From a virus, in IMG/VR virus record IMGVR_UViG_3300025009_000052: DNA of 64,000 nt; one strand, given 5' to 3'. Every line of letters begins with the position of its first letter. The first letter of the stretch is position 1. The notes under the pieces were generated by a model. It saw only the letters and a list, made by a program, of their open reading frames with translations. It searched no databases and was not told the DNA's origin. Of this stretch, positions 55,103-63,632 are shown in pieces. Made by a program: the position numbers and the translations under genes.

Positions 55103-55573
55103 TTATTCCTTTATCAAATCCTCAGCCTTGATCTCTTCATATTGAAATAGTTCCGTCGTGTCAAGATAGACTAACTTATAGAGTATTTTGTTGGTGCATG
55201 TTTTAAAATACCCATAATAACTAGGATCATCAATATCACTAACAATAAAAAACTCATCGTCTGGATATTTATTTATAAACGCTAAGGCTATATTGTTTAA
55301 ACCCCTATAGTAATTTAAATATTCTTGATCAATCGGTGGGTCATCAAATTTAATACATGTTAAATTGGTTGATATTAACCTATATATGTCGCTAAATTTA
55401 GTACACCTATCGCTCCCAGTAGCTAATTTATAATAAATAGCGTCTAAATCATCCCTATCGTTTTCAGGTAACGATATATAAGCGTCGAACTGATAATACT
55501 TAATACTGTGGTATCTACCTAGGTGTACATATTTCTTATTGTTTTTAGCAAACAAGCAGATATTTATACCCAC
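55103..55573 (-). CDS. Hypothetical protein, tandem paralog A
   Basis: MG..ICLFAKNNKKYV, AF.NKYPDDEFF and QY.EIK.EDLIKE shared with 55576-56049. Confidence 0.8.
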   Translation of the reverse strand: MGINICLFAKNNKKYVHLGRYHSIKYYQFDAYISLPENDRDDLDAIYYKLATGSDRCTKFSDIYRLISTNLTCIKFDDPPIDQEYLNYYRGLNNIALAFINKYPDDEFFIVSDIDDPSYYGYFKTCTNKILYKLVYLDTTELFQYEEIKAEDLIKE

Positions 55574-55575
55574 AA

Positions 55576-56049
55576 TTACTCCTTTATCAAATCCTCAACC
55601 TTAATCTCATCATATTGGAATTGCTCTGCTGGGTCTAATTCGCCAGACACATAATGAGTTCCGTCGCCATATTGCTTCATATATTCATAACAGTCTGGAC
55701 TTTCATTATCGGCCACTACGAAGAATTCATCGTCTGGATATTTATTTACAAAGGCTAAGATTATACGATTCCAGCCTTCACAGTACTGTAGGTGTCCTAA
55801 ATCACTATCTGATCTAGGATGTCTGGTACTTTTTAGATTGGCCAGTGTTAGTTTTTCAATCTCTCTAAAGTTAACAGATCTGTCTATATCGTCAGCTAGT
55901 TTAGCATATATAGAGTGTAATTCGTCTACATCCTCGTTGGACATTTCGGGAGAATTATATAGATCCCAATAAGACTGAAGTACATATTTCCTATCTAAAC
56001 TAACATATTTCTTATTGTTTTTAGCAAATAAACAAATATCTACTCCCAT
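55576..56049 (-). CDS. Hypothetical protein, tandem paralog B
   Basis: Same blocks as paralog A; AAGGAG SD. Confidence 0.8.
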   Translation of the reverse strand: MGVDICLFAKNNKKYVSLDRKYVLQSYWDLYNSPEMSNEDVDELHSIYAKLADDIDRSVNFREIEKLTLANLKSTRHPRSDSDLGHLQYCEGWNRIILAFVNKYPDDEFFVVADNESPDCYEYMKQYGDGTHYVSGELDPAEQFQYDEIKVEDLIKE

Positions 56050-56051
56050 AA

Positions 56052-56231
56052 CTACTCCTTTATATTAACCAACATCCCTAAACTATCAAATACGAATTTG
56101 GTTCCGTTACTTAATTCTATAACAGTATTTCTACCAGCACTGTAGTTTTCAAACTCAATTTCACAAGATTCCAGCATTTCCGTTAGTTGTAAAAGATGCT
56201 CCTCTACTAATTCCACATTGTCTTTAGACAT
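56052..56231 (-). CDS. Small acidic protein (59 aa, not in ORF track)
   Basis: AAGGAG SD; MSKDNVELVEEHLLQLTEMLESCEIEF... Confidence 0.6.
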   Translation of the reverse strand: MSKDNVELVEEHLLQLTEMLESCEIEFENYSAGRNTVIELSNGTKFVFDSLGMLVNIKE

Positions 56232-56730
56232 TGCTATCTCCTTTAAATTCTTTTAGTTTTTCTTCATATTTAATACCAATATTTTCCTTAATTTGATCTA
56301 TACCTTCTGCAATCGCAATTACCATGGCAGTATCTACACCATGTTTTGAAGCCAAGTCCACCACTCCCTCATTAAACAGTTTAGCTAATTCGGCTTTTCT
56401 AGCTCTCATATAGAGCACTGTCTTAATATAATCGATATTTATAAAGCATTCTAAGCTTGGACAGTAGCCAGTTTTCTTACAAACATGTGTGTCTTTACCA
56501 TATATAGGAAGGGTAACCCACTCTGGTAGATCCCCATTTGCCTTCATTTCCTCCACTTCTTTACTGCGTTTCTTAAATTCTTTATTGTTCTTCCACATTG
56601 TTTCATAGTTAACATAAAGAACGGCTAAGAAATAGCCTAAGCGGTGTATTAGGTAAGCAACAAATAGGCAAAATGGAAACAACACAAGGGCTTGCCATAT
56701 TTCAATTGTTTGAGTTAAGTTACTTATCAT
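56224..56730 (-). CDS. Hypothetical membrane-anchored protein
   Basis: N-terminal TM; CKKTGYCP. Confidence 0.65.
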   Translation of the reverse strand: MISNLTQTIEIWQALVLFPFCLFVAYLIHRLGYFLAVLYVNYETMWKNNKEFKKRSKEVEEMKANGDLPEWVTLPIYGKDTHVCKKTGYCPSLECFINIDYIKTVLYMRARKAELAKLFNEGVVDLASKHGVDTAMVIAIAEGIDQIKENIGIKYEEKLKEFKGDSNV

Positions 56731-56902
56731 ATAAAAGCTTCCTTATTAGATCGTTTTTACTTAAAACACCTTCTTCTATGGCCAACATAACCTTAGTTAT
56801 GGCTATGGAAAACCTTAAACTATCGATTTTACTGGCGTTTATAACCGTTTCTTTACCCCTAACCTCAACACAGTCCTTGATGGTTTTAATATAATTTTCC
56901 AT
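56720..56902 (-). CDS. Hypothetical protein
   Basis: GGAGGT SD; promoter upstream. Confidence 0.65.
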   Translation of the reverse strand: MENYIKTIKDCVEVRGKETVINASKIDSLRFSIAITKVMLAIEEGVLSKNDLIRKLLYDK

Positions 56903-56919
56903 TCAACCTCCGTTAAGAG

Positions 56920-56947
56920 ATAATACCACAAAATAACCAAAAGTCAA
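56920..56947 (-). promoter_or_regulatory. sigma70-type promoter TTGACT-16-TATTAT with TGTG extension
   Basis: TTGTGGTATTAT at 56920-56931 (minus strand). Confidence 0.65.
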
Positions 56948-57549
56948 GGTTTTAAAATCTTATGAACTATGCCTAATTCCAATGCCTTAGCTGCTCTAAA
57001 ATATTTATCTTCAAATTTTAACCATCTGTACCATTCTTTATATGGTATTTTAGTATTATCAGCGTAAATTTGGCATAAATCTTTATGGATTAACTTACAC
57101 TCCTCAGTCTCGGCTTGTAAATTAAGATAAACCTTACCTTCAGCCGCACTACTTACACTATGTAGCATAAAAACACTATGTTCGTACATATATCTTTCGT
57201 CGCCAGCTAAAAATATAATTGAAGCACCACTCATAGCACATCCGCAATTATATGTCCTGACTAAAGTACCTTGCTGGCACTTAATAAAGTCGTATAGTCC
57301 AAAAGAACTATAAGGACACCCACCCTCTGAATTTATATAAATATCAATCGGCTTAGTTTTATCCTTAGCTAACATAATTTGAATACCCTTAATGGCGTTA
57401 TTAACTGTTTCAGGAGATATCTCATCAAACATATGAATAACTCGATTATCAATATCAATATTGTCATCAATAAACGTCGTAAAATTAGTTGGTTTTACAA
57501 ATTTACGATCCAATCTTCTTCTAGGCTTTTTATCGTATCTCTGTCTCAT
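56944..57549 (-). CDS. clpP: ClpP-family serine protease subunit
   Basis: IYINSEGG, GCAMSGAS (Ser), FMLHS (His), DKYFRA..ALELG; ATGA overlap with primase. Confidence 0.88.
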   Translation of the reverse strand: MRQRYDKKPRRRLDRKFVKPTNFTTFIDDNIDIDNRVIHMFDEISPETVNNAIKGIQIMLAKDKTKPIDIYINSEGGCPYSSFGLYDFIKCQQGTLVRTYNCGCAMSGASIIFLAGDERYMYEHSVFMLHSVSSAAEGKVYLNLQAETEECKLIHKDLCQIYADNTKIPYKEWYRWLKFEDKYFRAAKALELGIVHKILKP

Positions 57550-58409
57550 AAATTCTCTTTTTGCGATCTTTTTATCGCACTTTGAATTGAAGTCAACCAT
57601 TCTTGATATTTAAAATCACGCTGCTCTGTAAAATATGGCTCTAAAATAGATATAATTTCGCTTTCTAAAAAATTCTTACTAGCTAGGGTCATCGCTATTC
57701 TAAACCAAGTATTGTTTCTTTCGTTAGTTATTCCGCTTTGTAACTCTTCTAGTATCCATGGCGGAATGTCCAATACCGAAGGTACAGACGACGGGATTTT
57801 AGGTATTATAGGCATTGGTTTACATTGGGGGTACTTAGATAGCCAAATATTTAACCTATTAAGGGGAATTCGACCGCTTAACTTAATTAATTGCTGTGGT
57901 AATTTAGCACCATCGTGTCGAATATTTCCAGGAAATCTAATACTTCTGGACGGATTTTTAGTCATTTGATCGGCCCTATTCATAATATTTAATATCCATT
58001 CAGCATATATTCTCCACGTTCCATAATCTGGAAGATCTTCATTTAAAACAATTCCATAGTGGAGACTCTTATTGCCAGAAAAGATACATACAGAGTATGG
58101 CATTTCCATAGAGTCAATATATCGCTGTTGTTCTGGTAGTGGCCCATCGTCAATTTCAACTAAAAAAGATCGAAAAGCAGTTACATTTTCGTCTTTTCTA
58201 AATCCACTAATCGGATTAATAGCCATTAAATTAATATCCGACTCTGTAATTGAAACTGTCTTTTTAGGATCATTGGGCGATATTAATGTTATTTCACCAT
58301 TAAGACTACTTTGGCAGACACTATGATAACCGTATTTATTAGAAGAAACACAGATTGTTTCATTTGTATCAAAAAACAGCTTTAATATCTGCTCAGTAGT
58401 GTCTTTCAT
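57546..58409 (-). CDS. AEP/RepB-like primase with PriCT-like C-terminus
   Basis: VEIDD, FSGNKSLH, D..TKNPSRSIRFPG, ERNNTWF. Confidence 0.8.
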   Translation of the reverse strand: MKDTTEQILKLFFDTNETICVSSNKYGYHSVCQSSLNGEITLISPNDPKKTVSITESDINLMAINPISGFRKDENVTAFRSFLVEIDDGPLPEQQRYIDSMEMPYSVCIFSGNKSLHYGIVLNEDLPDYGTWRIYAEWILNIMNRADQMTKNPSRSIRFPGNIRHDGAKLPQQLIKLSGRIPLNRLNIWLSKYPQCKPMPIIPKIPSSVPSVLDIPPWILEELQSGITNERNNTWFRIAMTLASKNFLESEIISILEPYFTEQRDFKYQEWLTSIQSAIKRSQKENL

Positions 58410-58736
58410 CTACAGTTCAACCTCTAATTGAATATTGGAAATAAAGGAGTCTATTGCTTGTTGGCGTAGTCTTGATTTAGAAGGCGTATTTGCAAATCCA
58501 AAACACTCTTTTACCACCATATTGGCGTGTCGGTTTAAGGCACTATACACTTCAGAAGAATTAGTACCACTTAAGAGACTGTCTCGGAGGTTTAATCCAA
58601 AATAGACCCTAAAATGCTCTTCTGCTAATGAAATACTAGCGTCTATTTGGCCGTTTTTGATAGCCCCAACTTGCATCCAGGTTAAGAAAATTAAATACAG
58701 CTTTTTAAAAAATCCAATGTCCTTATTTGTTACCAT
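58410..58736 (-). CDS. Hypothetical protein
   Basis: GGAGG SD before ATG 58736. Confidence 0.65.
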   Translation of the reverse strand: MVTNKDIGFFKKLYLIFLTWMQVGAIKNGQIDASISLAEEHFRVYFGLNLRDSLLSGTNSSEVYSALNRHANMVVKECFGFANTPSKSRLRQQAIDSFISNIQLEVEL

Positions 58737-59796
58737 CGTTTCCTCCAAATACCCTACTTAAGGTGTTGTTTGATATTTTCCTTACCGCTTCTAATTCGGC
58801 GTTGTTTTTAAATATGTCTGTGTATTCTACATATCGACCACGATCAAAGCCGACATAAATGGTATCCCCTACAGCACTGGTAAATCGACTTTTCTCAATA
58901 TGAAAAGACGTTCTCATATAATCTCTTTCAGCTACCACCTTCATAGCACATGTACTTATATTTAAGATCATTTTTCGACCTTCAATAGCCTCTTTAAACT
59001 CCAAATCCTTGCCTTCTTTTAGTTGGGACAATACAATTATGGGGGCTAAATAATTATTTTTAAAGGTATCTAAGAATTTTGCGAATTCTTCTTGAACTTG
59101 CCACGGGGACATAGATGGCCTATCACTAGATCTCCCAATATTTTGATAATAATCAATTATTATAACGTCGTACTGAGCCTGACTTTTTTGTAAATTCATT
59201 AGAATTGACTTAACCCCTTCCAATGTGGTAGTTTGGCCATAATTACCATTATAATTATCGTCCACAACCACCATACGGTTTGATAAGACCCCAATCATAC
59301 GATCAAATTCGTCTAGCTGAGCGGGAGAAAAAGACTCGTGGTTGATATATGACCATTTTTTACAAATACAAGTTACGCCGTTATATACATCACTAGGGTT
59401 TTCCTCATTTGAGATATAGAGAACCTTACCACCCTGACTTAAAGTATGGAAAGCGATGTTTTTACCGATCGTAGTTTTTCCTTGACCAGTCTTCGCAGCC
59501 GCTAAAATTATATTCTTACCGAAAAAAGGCACTTTACCATTAAAACTATCGTTAATAAAGCATTTAGAGTTTTTAGCGTGTTCTAAATACTCACGATTTT
59601 CTTTCTTTATTCTCTCTATCCTATCAGAAGACATCTTATCTAGAACTATGTTCTTATTAACCTCAGCCTCTTGCTGCCTTTGGACCATATCCTCATAGTC
59701 ATTTTTGATTCGGTTTTTATCCAATTCGTATTTTTTTTGTCGGATTTCTTGAGACTCTTCCAAAATACGATTAGCTTGGCTACTTATATCGGTCAT
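58723..59796 (-). CDS. SF4 (DnaB-like) replicative helicase
   Basis: AAKTGQGKT Walker A, ISNE, IIIDYYQ Walker B, LSQL, EKSRF. Confidence 0.88.
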   Translation of the reverse strand: MTDISSQANRILEESQEIRQKKYELDKNRIKNDYEDMVQRQQEAEVNKNIVLDKMSSDRIERIKKENREYLEHAKNSKCFINDSFNGKVPFFGKNIILAAAKTGQGKTTIGKNIAFHTLSQGGKVLYISNEENPSDVYNGVTCICKKWSYINHESFSPAQLDEFDRMIGVLSNRMVVVDDNYNGNYGQTTTLEGVKSILMNLQKSQAQYDVIIIDYYQNIGRSSDRPSMSPWQVQEEFAKFLDTFKNNYLAPIIVLSQLKEGKDLEFKEAIEGRKMILNISTCAMKVVAERDYMRTSFHIEKSRFTSAVGDTIYVGFDRGRYVEYTDIFKNNAELEAVRKISNNTLSRVFGGNDGNK

Positions 59797-60188
59797 TTAT
59801 CAACCTCTTCCAGTCCTATTATACTTAATAAGCTAGAGTCATATTCTTTAGGCTTAAAATCTTCTGGTTTCAACTCTTCTACCGAAGCCGGTTCTTTATT
59901 TAAAACAGCGTTATCTGAAAAATCTAAGTCAATTAAGGTGTTTAGATAGTGAATTACATAATATCCAAATTTTATTTTAAATAGGTCGCTGGCTTTGTCG
60001 GTTAAAAACCCAATAGTAATTTCATCAACAATTTCTTGATTTATATTCGATCTATCAAGACCTTCATTTTTTAACACCTTAACTAGTTTACTCAAATTAA
60101 GGTAAAAATTATCAATCTTACAATTGTCTTTTTCTATAAAAAAGGATTTCACTATTAACTTGTAATCCACAATTACCCTCTGATACAA
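59793..60188 (-). CDS. Hypothetical protein
   Basis: TTG start below a promoter motif; ATGA-coupled to the helicase. Confidence 0.6.
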   Translation of the reverse strand: MYQRVIVDYKLIVKSFFIEKDNCKIDNFYLNLSKLVKVLKNEGLDRSNINQEIVDEITIGFLTDKASDLFKIKFGYYVIHYLNTLIDLDFSDNAVLNKEPASVEELKPEDFKPKEYDSSLLSIIGLEEVDK

Positions 60189-60201
60189 TCTATCTTAACC
60201 T

Positions 60202-60213
60202 ATTATACCACAA
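60202..60213 (-). promoter_or_regulatory. Extended -10 promoter TTGTGGTATAAT
   Basis: Perfect match overlapping the upstream gene's stop; would drive the helicase-primase-clpP unit. Confidence 0.7.
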
Positions 60214-61090
60214 TTTCAGACTTTTTCATCTCTTTAAGTAGTCCCAATGTTTTTCTTGCTGTTTTTAATTCGTTTTTTAACTGGGAGTCATTAGAATTAT
60301 CTTTTATAAACGACCTTAACATGGATATTTTTTCTTTTACAGTTAAACTATCAAATTTATTTCTGTGATATTCCAACTGTTTATCACTTTCGTAGTTTAA
60401 CATCATTTCTTCTGGATCGTCCGAATAAGTATCACAGAATATGTTTTTTCTAATGAACTCATAGTCATCTATTTCCATATTACCACAAGGTATTTGGATT
60501 AATCTAACTCCATAGCCGTATTGGTCAATTAAACTATCGGACTTGCTTTTGATTTCTCGATATTCTTTCTGGGTTACTGACCTATATCCATACTTCTTAT
60601 GGTCTTCTAAAAGCAATTCATCGCAAACTGGTTTAGAGTGCTTGGTTTCAGCATAAATACCCATTTTAGCCCGACCTGCTTTAATATTACGACTCTTTCG
60701 TTCACATATTGTAGAGCAGTGTTGAATTCTTTGTCGTAAAAAATTTATCAAATTGTTTCGATCGGCTTGGGCCAATTCTTGTTTGGTAGGTTCGGTTTTA
60801 TTTTTTTCTAAAAATTTTACCACAAACCTATTCCTAAGCTTTTCATTGGTCTCTAAACTATAGAGTCCCATATAGGCTAACATATAGATGTTTCCAATTG
60901 ACTTCAAATCCTCACCATCAAAGCCAACCAGATTAAAGTTGGTCCTTAGTTTTTCATACATTTTCATAGATGTTATTTCTACAGTATTTTTATGTTGAGA
61001 TACCCAGTTAGGGTCGTATTGTTTTATTCTAGTCAAATAGTCGTACCTTAGATAGGATTTTTCAAAATCCTTGTCGTATGAATTTCTCAT
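60203..61090 (-). CDS. Possible divergent sigma-factor-like protein
   Basis: 295 aa; GFDGEDLKSIGNIY resembles sigma region 2.2; DPEE...LTVKEK resembles the entry to region 4; weak similarity only. Confidence 0.4.
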   Translation of the reverse strand: MRNSYDKDFEKSYLRYDYLTRIKQYDPNWVSQHKNTVEITSMKMYEKLRTNFNLVGFDGEDLKSIGNIYMLAYMGLYSLETNEKLRNRFVVKFLEKNKTEPTKQELAQADRNNLINFLRQRIQHCSTICERKSRNIKAGRAKMGIYAETKHSKPVCDELLLEDHKKYGYRSVTQKEYREIKSKSDSLIDQYGYGVRLIQIPCGNMEIDDYEFIRKNIFCDTYSDDPEEMMLNYESDKQLEYHRNKFDSLTVKEKISMLRSFIKDNSNDSQLKNELKTARKTLGLLKEMKKSEIVV

Positions 61091-61202
61091 TTAACCTCCC
61101 AGTAATTAACAAATTAATTAATAATACGAAGTAATATAATAACACCAATCGTTACTACGTTTATTACCCATAATGCTACAATTTCTTCAGCGGTCACAAT
61201 CC

Positions 61203-61571
61203 CTATTGTTCTTTTTTACAATCGCATTCGTCGTCATATTCACAACATTCGTCACACTCTCCGCACTCACATAATCCATGGTATTCGTCGTCATATTCGT
61301 ACCAATCACAGTCATTGTCATAGTCATCGCCACATTCATCACAAGCCGAACTATAATTATCTCTAATCTTCTTTTCTTTAAAGTATTTTGACGCCAATAT
61401 AGCCGATTCTACTGCAACATAAATCCCAAAAGCGATAGACACTACAAGTACACAGATAGTGTCAAGATCTGGTTCGTGATATATACTAATACCGCCGATA
61501 ATAAGACCAATATCAAGCAATAGCAGTATTACTAAATTAAAGCTCAGTGTGATTTTTTCTGTTAATGTCAT
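61203..61571 (-). CDS. Two-TM protein with Cys/Asp/Glu-rich tail
   Basis: GGAGG SD; two TMs then CDECGDDYDNDCD...CECGECDECCEYDDECDC. Confidence 0.7.
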   Translation of the reverse strand: MTLTEKITLSFNLVILLLLDIGLIIGGISIYHEPDLDTICVLVVSIAFGIYVAVESAILASKYFKEKKIRDNYSSACDECGDDYDNDCDWYEYDDEYHGLCECGECDECCEYDDECDCKKEQ

Positions 61572-61729
61572 AATTCCTCCTTAGTTCTACTATCTAACAT
61601 ATCATTTAATCTCTCTTCTGTCATAGATAGAAGATAGTGTCGATACAGTTGAATATCGTCTTCTTTATCGTCTAGCCACCTTTCTAGTGCTATATTAATC
61701 AGTTTTTGAATTTTTTCGTCTTTATTCAA
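61568..61729 (-). CDS. Small hypothetical protein (53 aa, not in ORF track)
   Basis: GGAGG SD, TTG start, ATGA overlap with the next gene. Confidence 0.55.
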   Translation of the reverse strand: MNKDEKIQKLINIALERWLDDKEDDIQLYRHYLLSMTEERLNDMLDSRTKEEL

Positions 61730-61787
61730 AAGTCCTCCGGTGGTCTTCGGTATCTTATACTAACACGTTTTTACCACAATAGTCAAC

Positions 61788-61823
61788 AAAAAAACAAAGC
61801 CCCTCCGAAAAACAGAGGGGCTT
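61788..61823 (-). terminator. Rho-independent terminator downstream of recA
   Basis: Stem AAGCCCCTC/GAGGGGCTT, 9-nt loop, T-tract on the minus strand. Confidence 0.85.
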
Positions 61824-61846
61824 CTCAAGGAGGTCACAAACGGAGA

Positions 61847-62875
61847 TTAATTATGCCTATCTCTGGCATAAACCAATTCTACTATTTTTTTAGCTAAGTC
61901 ATTGTTTTCACGAATAGCTGTGATAAACTGGTCTTTACTAGTATATGTCTTACCGTCGAAAATATAAGTCCTATTATTAGGCCTTTCAACTAGGTTGAGG
62001 TTTTTACAGAGCTCAAAAATCTCTTCTTCAACCTTAACTAAGCCCTTATCATATTCTAATGTAAACTGACCCGTTCTACCGTGGGTTCCAAAGCTATTTT
62101 CAGCCATTTTTACAAATATCTTATGTCCTATCAACTCTTTTTTGCCCTTAAAATCTTTTACCTCATCACTCTCAATTTTAGATTCAGAAGACCCATCCCG
62201 AGTAACTTGTACATAATAATCGAAGAAGTGTTTTACGGCGTATCCTCCAGCTAGTTTTTCTTTTGGTCCATATTGTCCAGCATCAAAATTAGCCCTAATA
62301 TGTGCGGTACAGACTAATGCTATATTATATTTTCTAATAATTGGTAGTATATTTTTAAGCCCAACTTGATGAGTCATAGCGTCGTCGCCCATAAGATGGT
62401 CAGCAACACTGTCTTTCCCCATTCTTTTCACACCGGCCATATTTGATATACTATCAATAATGATCATTTTGATTGGCATACCCTGTTCTAACATAGCCTT
62501 AAACTCAATACTTATCCTATCATAAATCTGGACAGGATCGTTAACATTAAATGCTTGGAACCTATCCCTATCTATACCCCACTTATCACTCATTTGCACC
62601 GCAGCCCTCATCTCAGTATCAAATCTAATTACAATCGCTTCTTTATCGTCCTTATGTAGCTGACCAGCCATAAGATAGGAGGCTAGACTTTTTCCACCCT
62701 TAGCTGGGCCATAAAACACACAAGAGTATCCAAATGGTAATCCAGATCCCTTACAGAAAATCCAGTTTAGTGATGGGGAAGGAGATCTCAAAACATTTTC
62801 GGGAGCAAAAGGGTCGTACTCACGATCTACAGCTCCCTCCATTTTATTTAATTGTTGCATCCATTTACTCGCCAT
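61847..62875 (-). CDS. recA: RecA/UvsX-like recombinase
   Basis: SPSLNW...GLP.G, YGPAKGGKS Walker A, FDTE, IIIDSI Walker B, GG.AVKH; start re-called to ATG 62875. Confidence 0.9.
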   Translation of the reverse strand: MASKWMQQLNKMEGAVDREYDPFAPENVLRSPSPSLNWIFCKGSGLPFGYSCVFYGPAKGGKSLASYLMAGQLHKDDKEAIVIRFDTEMRAAVQMSDKWGIDRDRFQAFNVNDPVQIYDRISIEFKAMLEQGMPIKMIIIDSISNMAGVKRMGKDSVADHLMGDDAMTHQVGLKNILPIIRKYNIALVCTAHIRANFDAGQYGPKEKLAGGYAVKHFFDYYVQVTRDGSSESKIESDEVKDFKGKKELIGHKIFVKMAENSFGTHGRTGQFTLEYDKGLVKVEEEIFELCKNLNLVERPNNRTYIFDGKTYTSKDQFITAIRENNDLAKKIVELVYARDRHN

Positions 62876-63038
62876 ATATTCCCTCAAAAAATATTCTTAC
62901 TATTGCTGCTATAATTGCCATAAAAATTGCTACAAAAAAGAGCGGTATAGATATTATTTTAATAAAAATAGCTCTAAATATACCCACCAACATTAAAAAC
63001 AAACACCAAAATACCTTGAGATTATTTTTTATGTCCAT
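62865..63038 (-). CDS. Small membrane protein (57 aa, not in ORF track)
   Basis: MDIKNNLKVFWCLFLMLVGIF...; fills the gap before recA. Confidence 0.5.
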   Translation of the reverse strand: MDIKNNLKVFWCLFLMLVGIFRAIFIKIISIPLFFVAIFMAIIAAIVRIFFEGIYGE

Positions 63039-63315
63039 TTGGTTTTCCTTTAGTATTAGGTTTAGGAATTGACTTATAACTAGTAGTTAATTTAGTTCTC
63101 TTTTCTTCGTTTTCTTTCGTTTTAATAATATCCCTCGCCTTAGAAATGCTCATACTAAACTTACCTAATCCATTTGATCTATTGTAATTTTCAATACCCT
63201 CTTTGGCCTTAGTGTGAGCTGCATTATACTCAGGAGAGTTCTTTTTAAGTTTATCTAAAGCTTTAACTAATAATAAAATATCTAAAAGACTAATAGTTCC
63301 GTTTTCTTTAGACAT
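63022..63315 (-). CDS. Basic hypothetical protein
   Basis: GAGGT SD. Confidence 0.6.
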   Translation of the reverse strand: MSKENGTISLLDILLLVKALDKLKKNSPEYNAAHTKAKEGIENYNRSNGLGKFSMSISKARDIIKTKENEEKRTKLTTSYKSIPKPNTKGKPNGHKK

Positions 63316-63317
63316 AA

Positions 63318-63629
63318 TTACCTCGCTTGTTTTAGCATTCTACTTAACTCCTCTTTAGCTTTTTGGTACTTATATTTGGCCACATTTACAATGGTAATTC
63401 TTTTAACTTCTGGAAATTCACTAACTGTATCTCCGGTAGATACAATAGCCTCAGCTTCTTTTTCAGATATTTCTTTTTTGTCTTTAAAGTAAACGGTTTT
63501 TTTAACTTCTTTTCCTACTCGATAATCTGGCTTATAGCCATCTGGCTTATAGCCATCTTGCTTACTTAAAGAAAATTTCATAATAGACTTCATTTCTTTT
63601 CTTAATCTCTTAACTTGTTTAGAATTCAT
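63318..63629 (-). CDS. Basic hypothetical protein with in-frame DGYKP duplication
   Basis: GAGGTG SD; KQDGYKPDGYKPDY. Confidence 0.65.
   Translation of the reverse strand: MNSKQVKRLRKEMKSIMKFSLSKQDGYKPDGYKPDYRVGKEVKKTVYFKDKKEISEKEAEAIVSTGDTVSEFPEVKRITIVNVAKYKYQKAKEELSRMLKQAR
63525..63558. repeat. 15-bp tandem duplication ATCTGGCTTATAGCC x2
   Basis: Exact copies at 63525-63539 and 63540-63554. Confidence 0.9.
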
Positions 63630-63632
63630 TTG

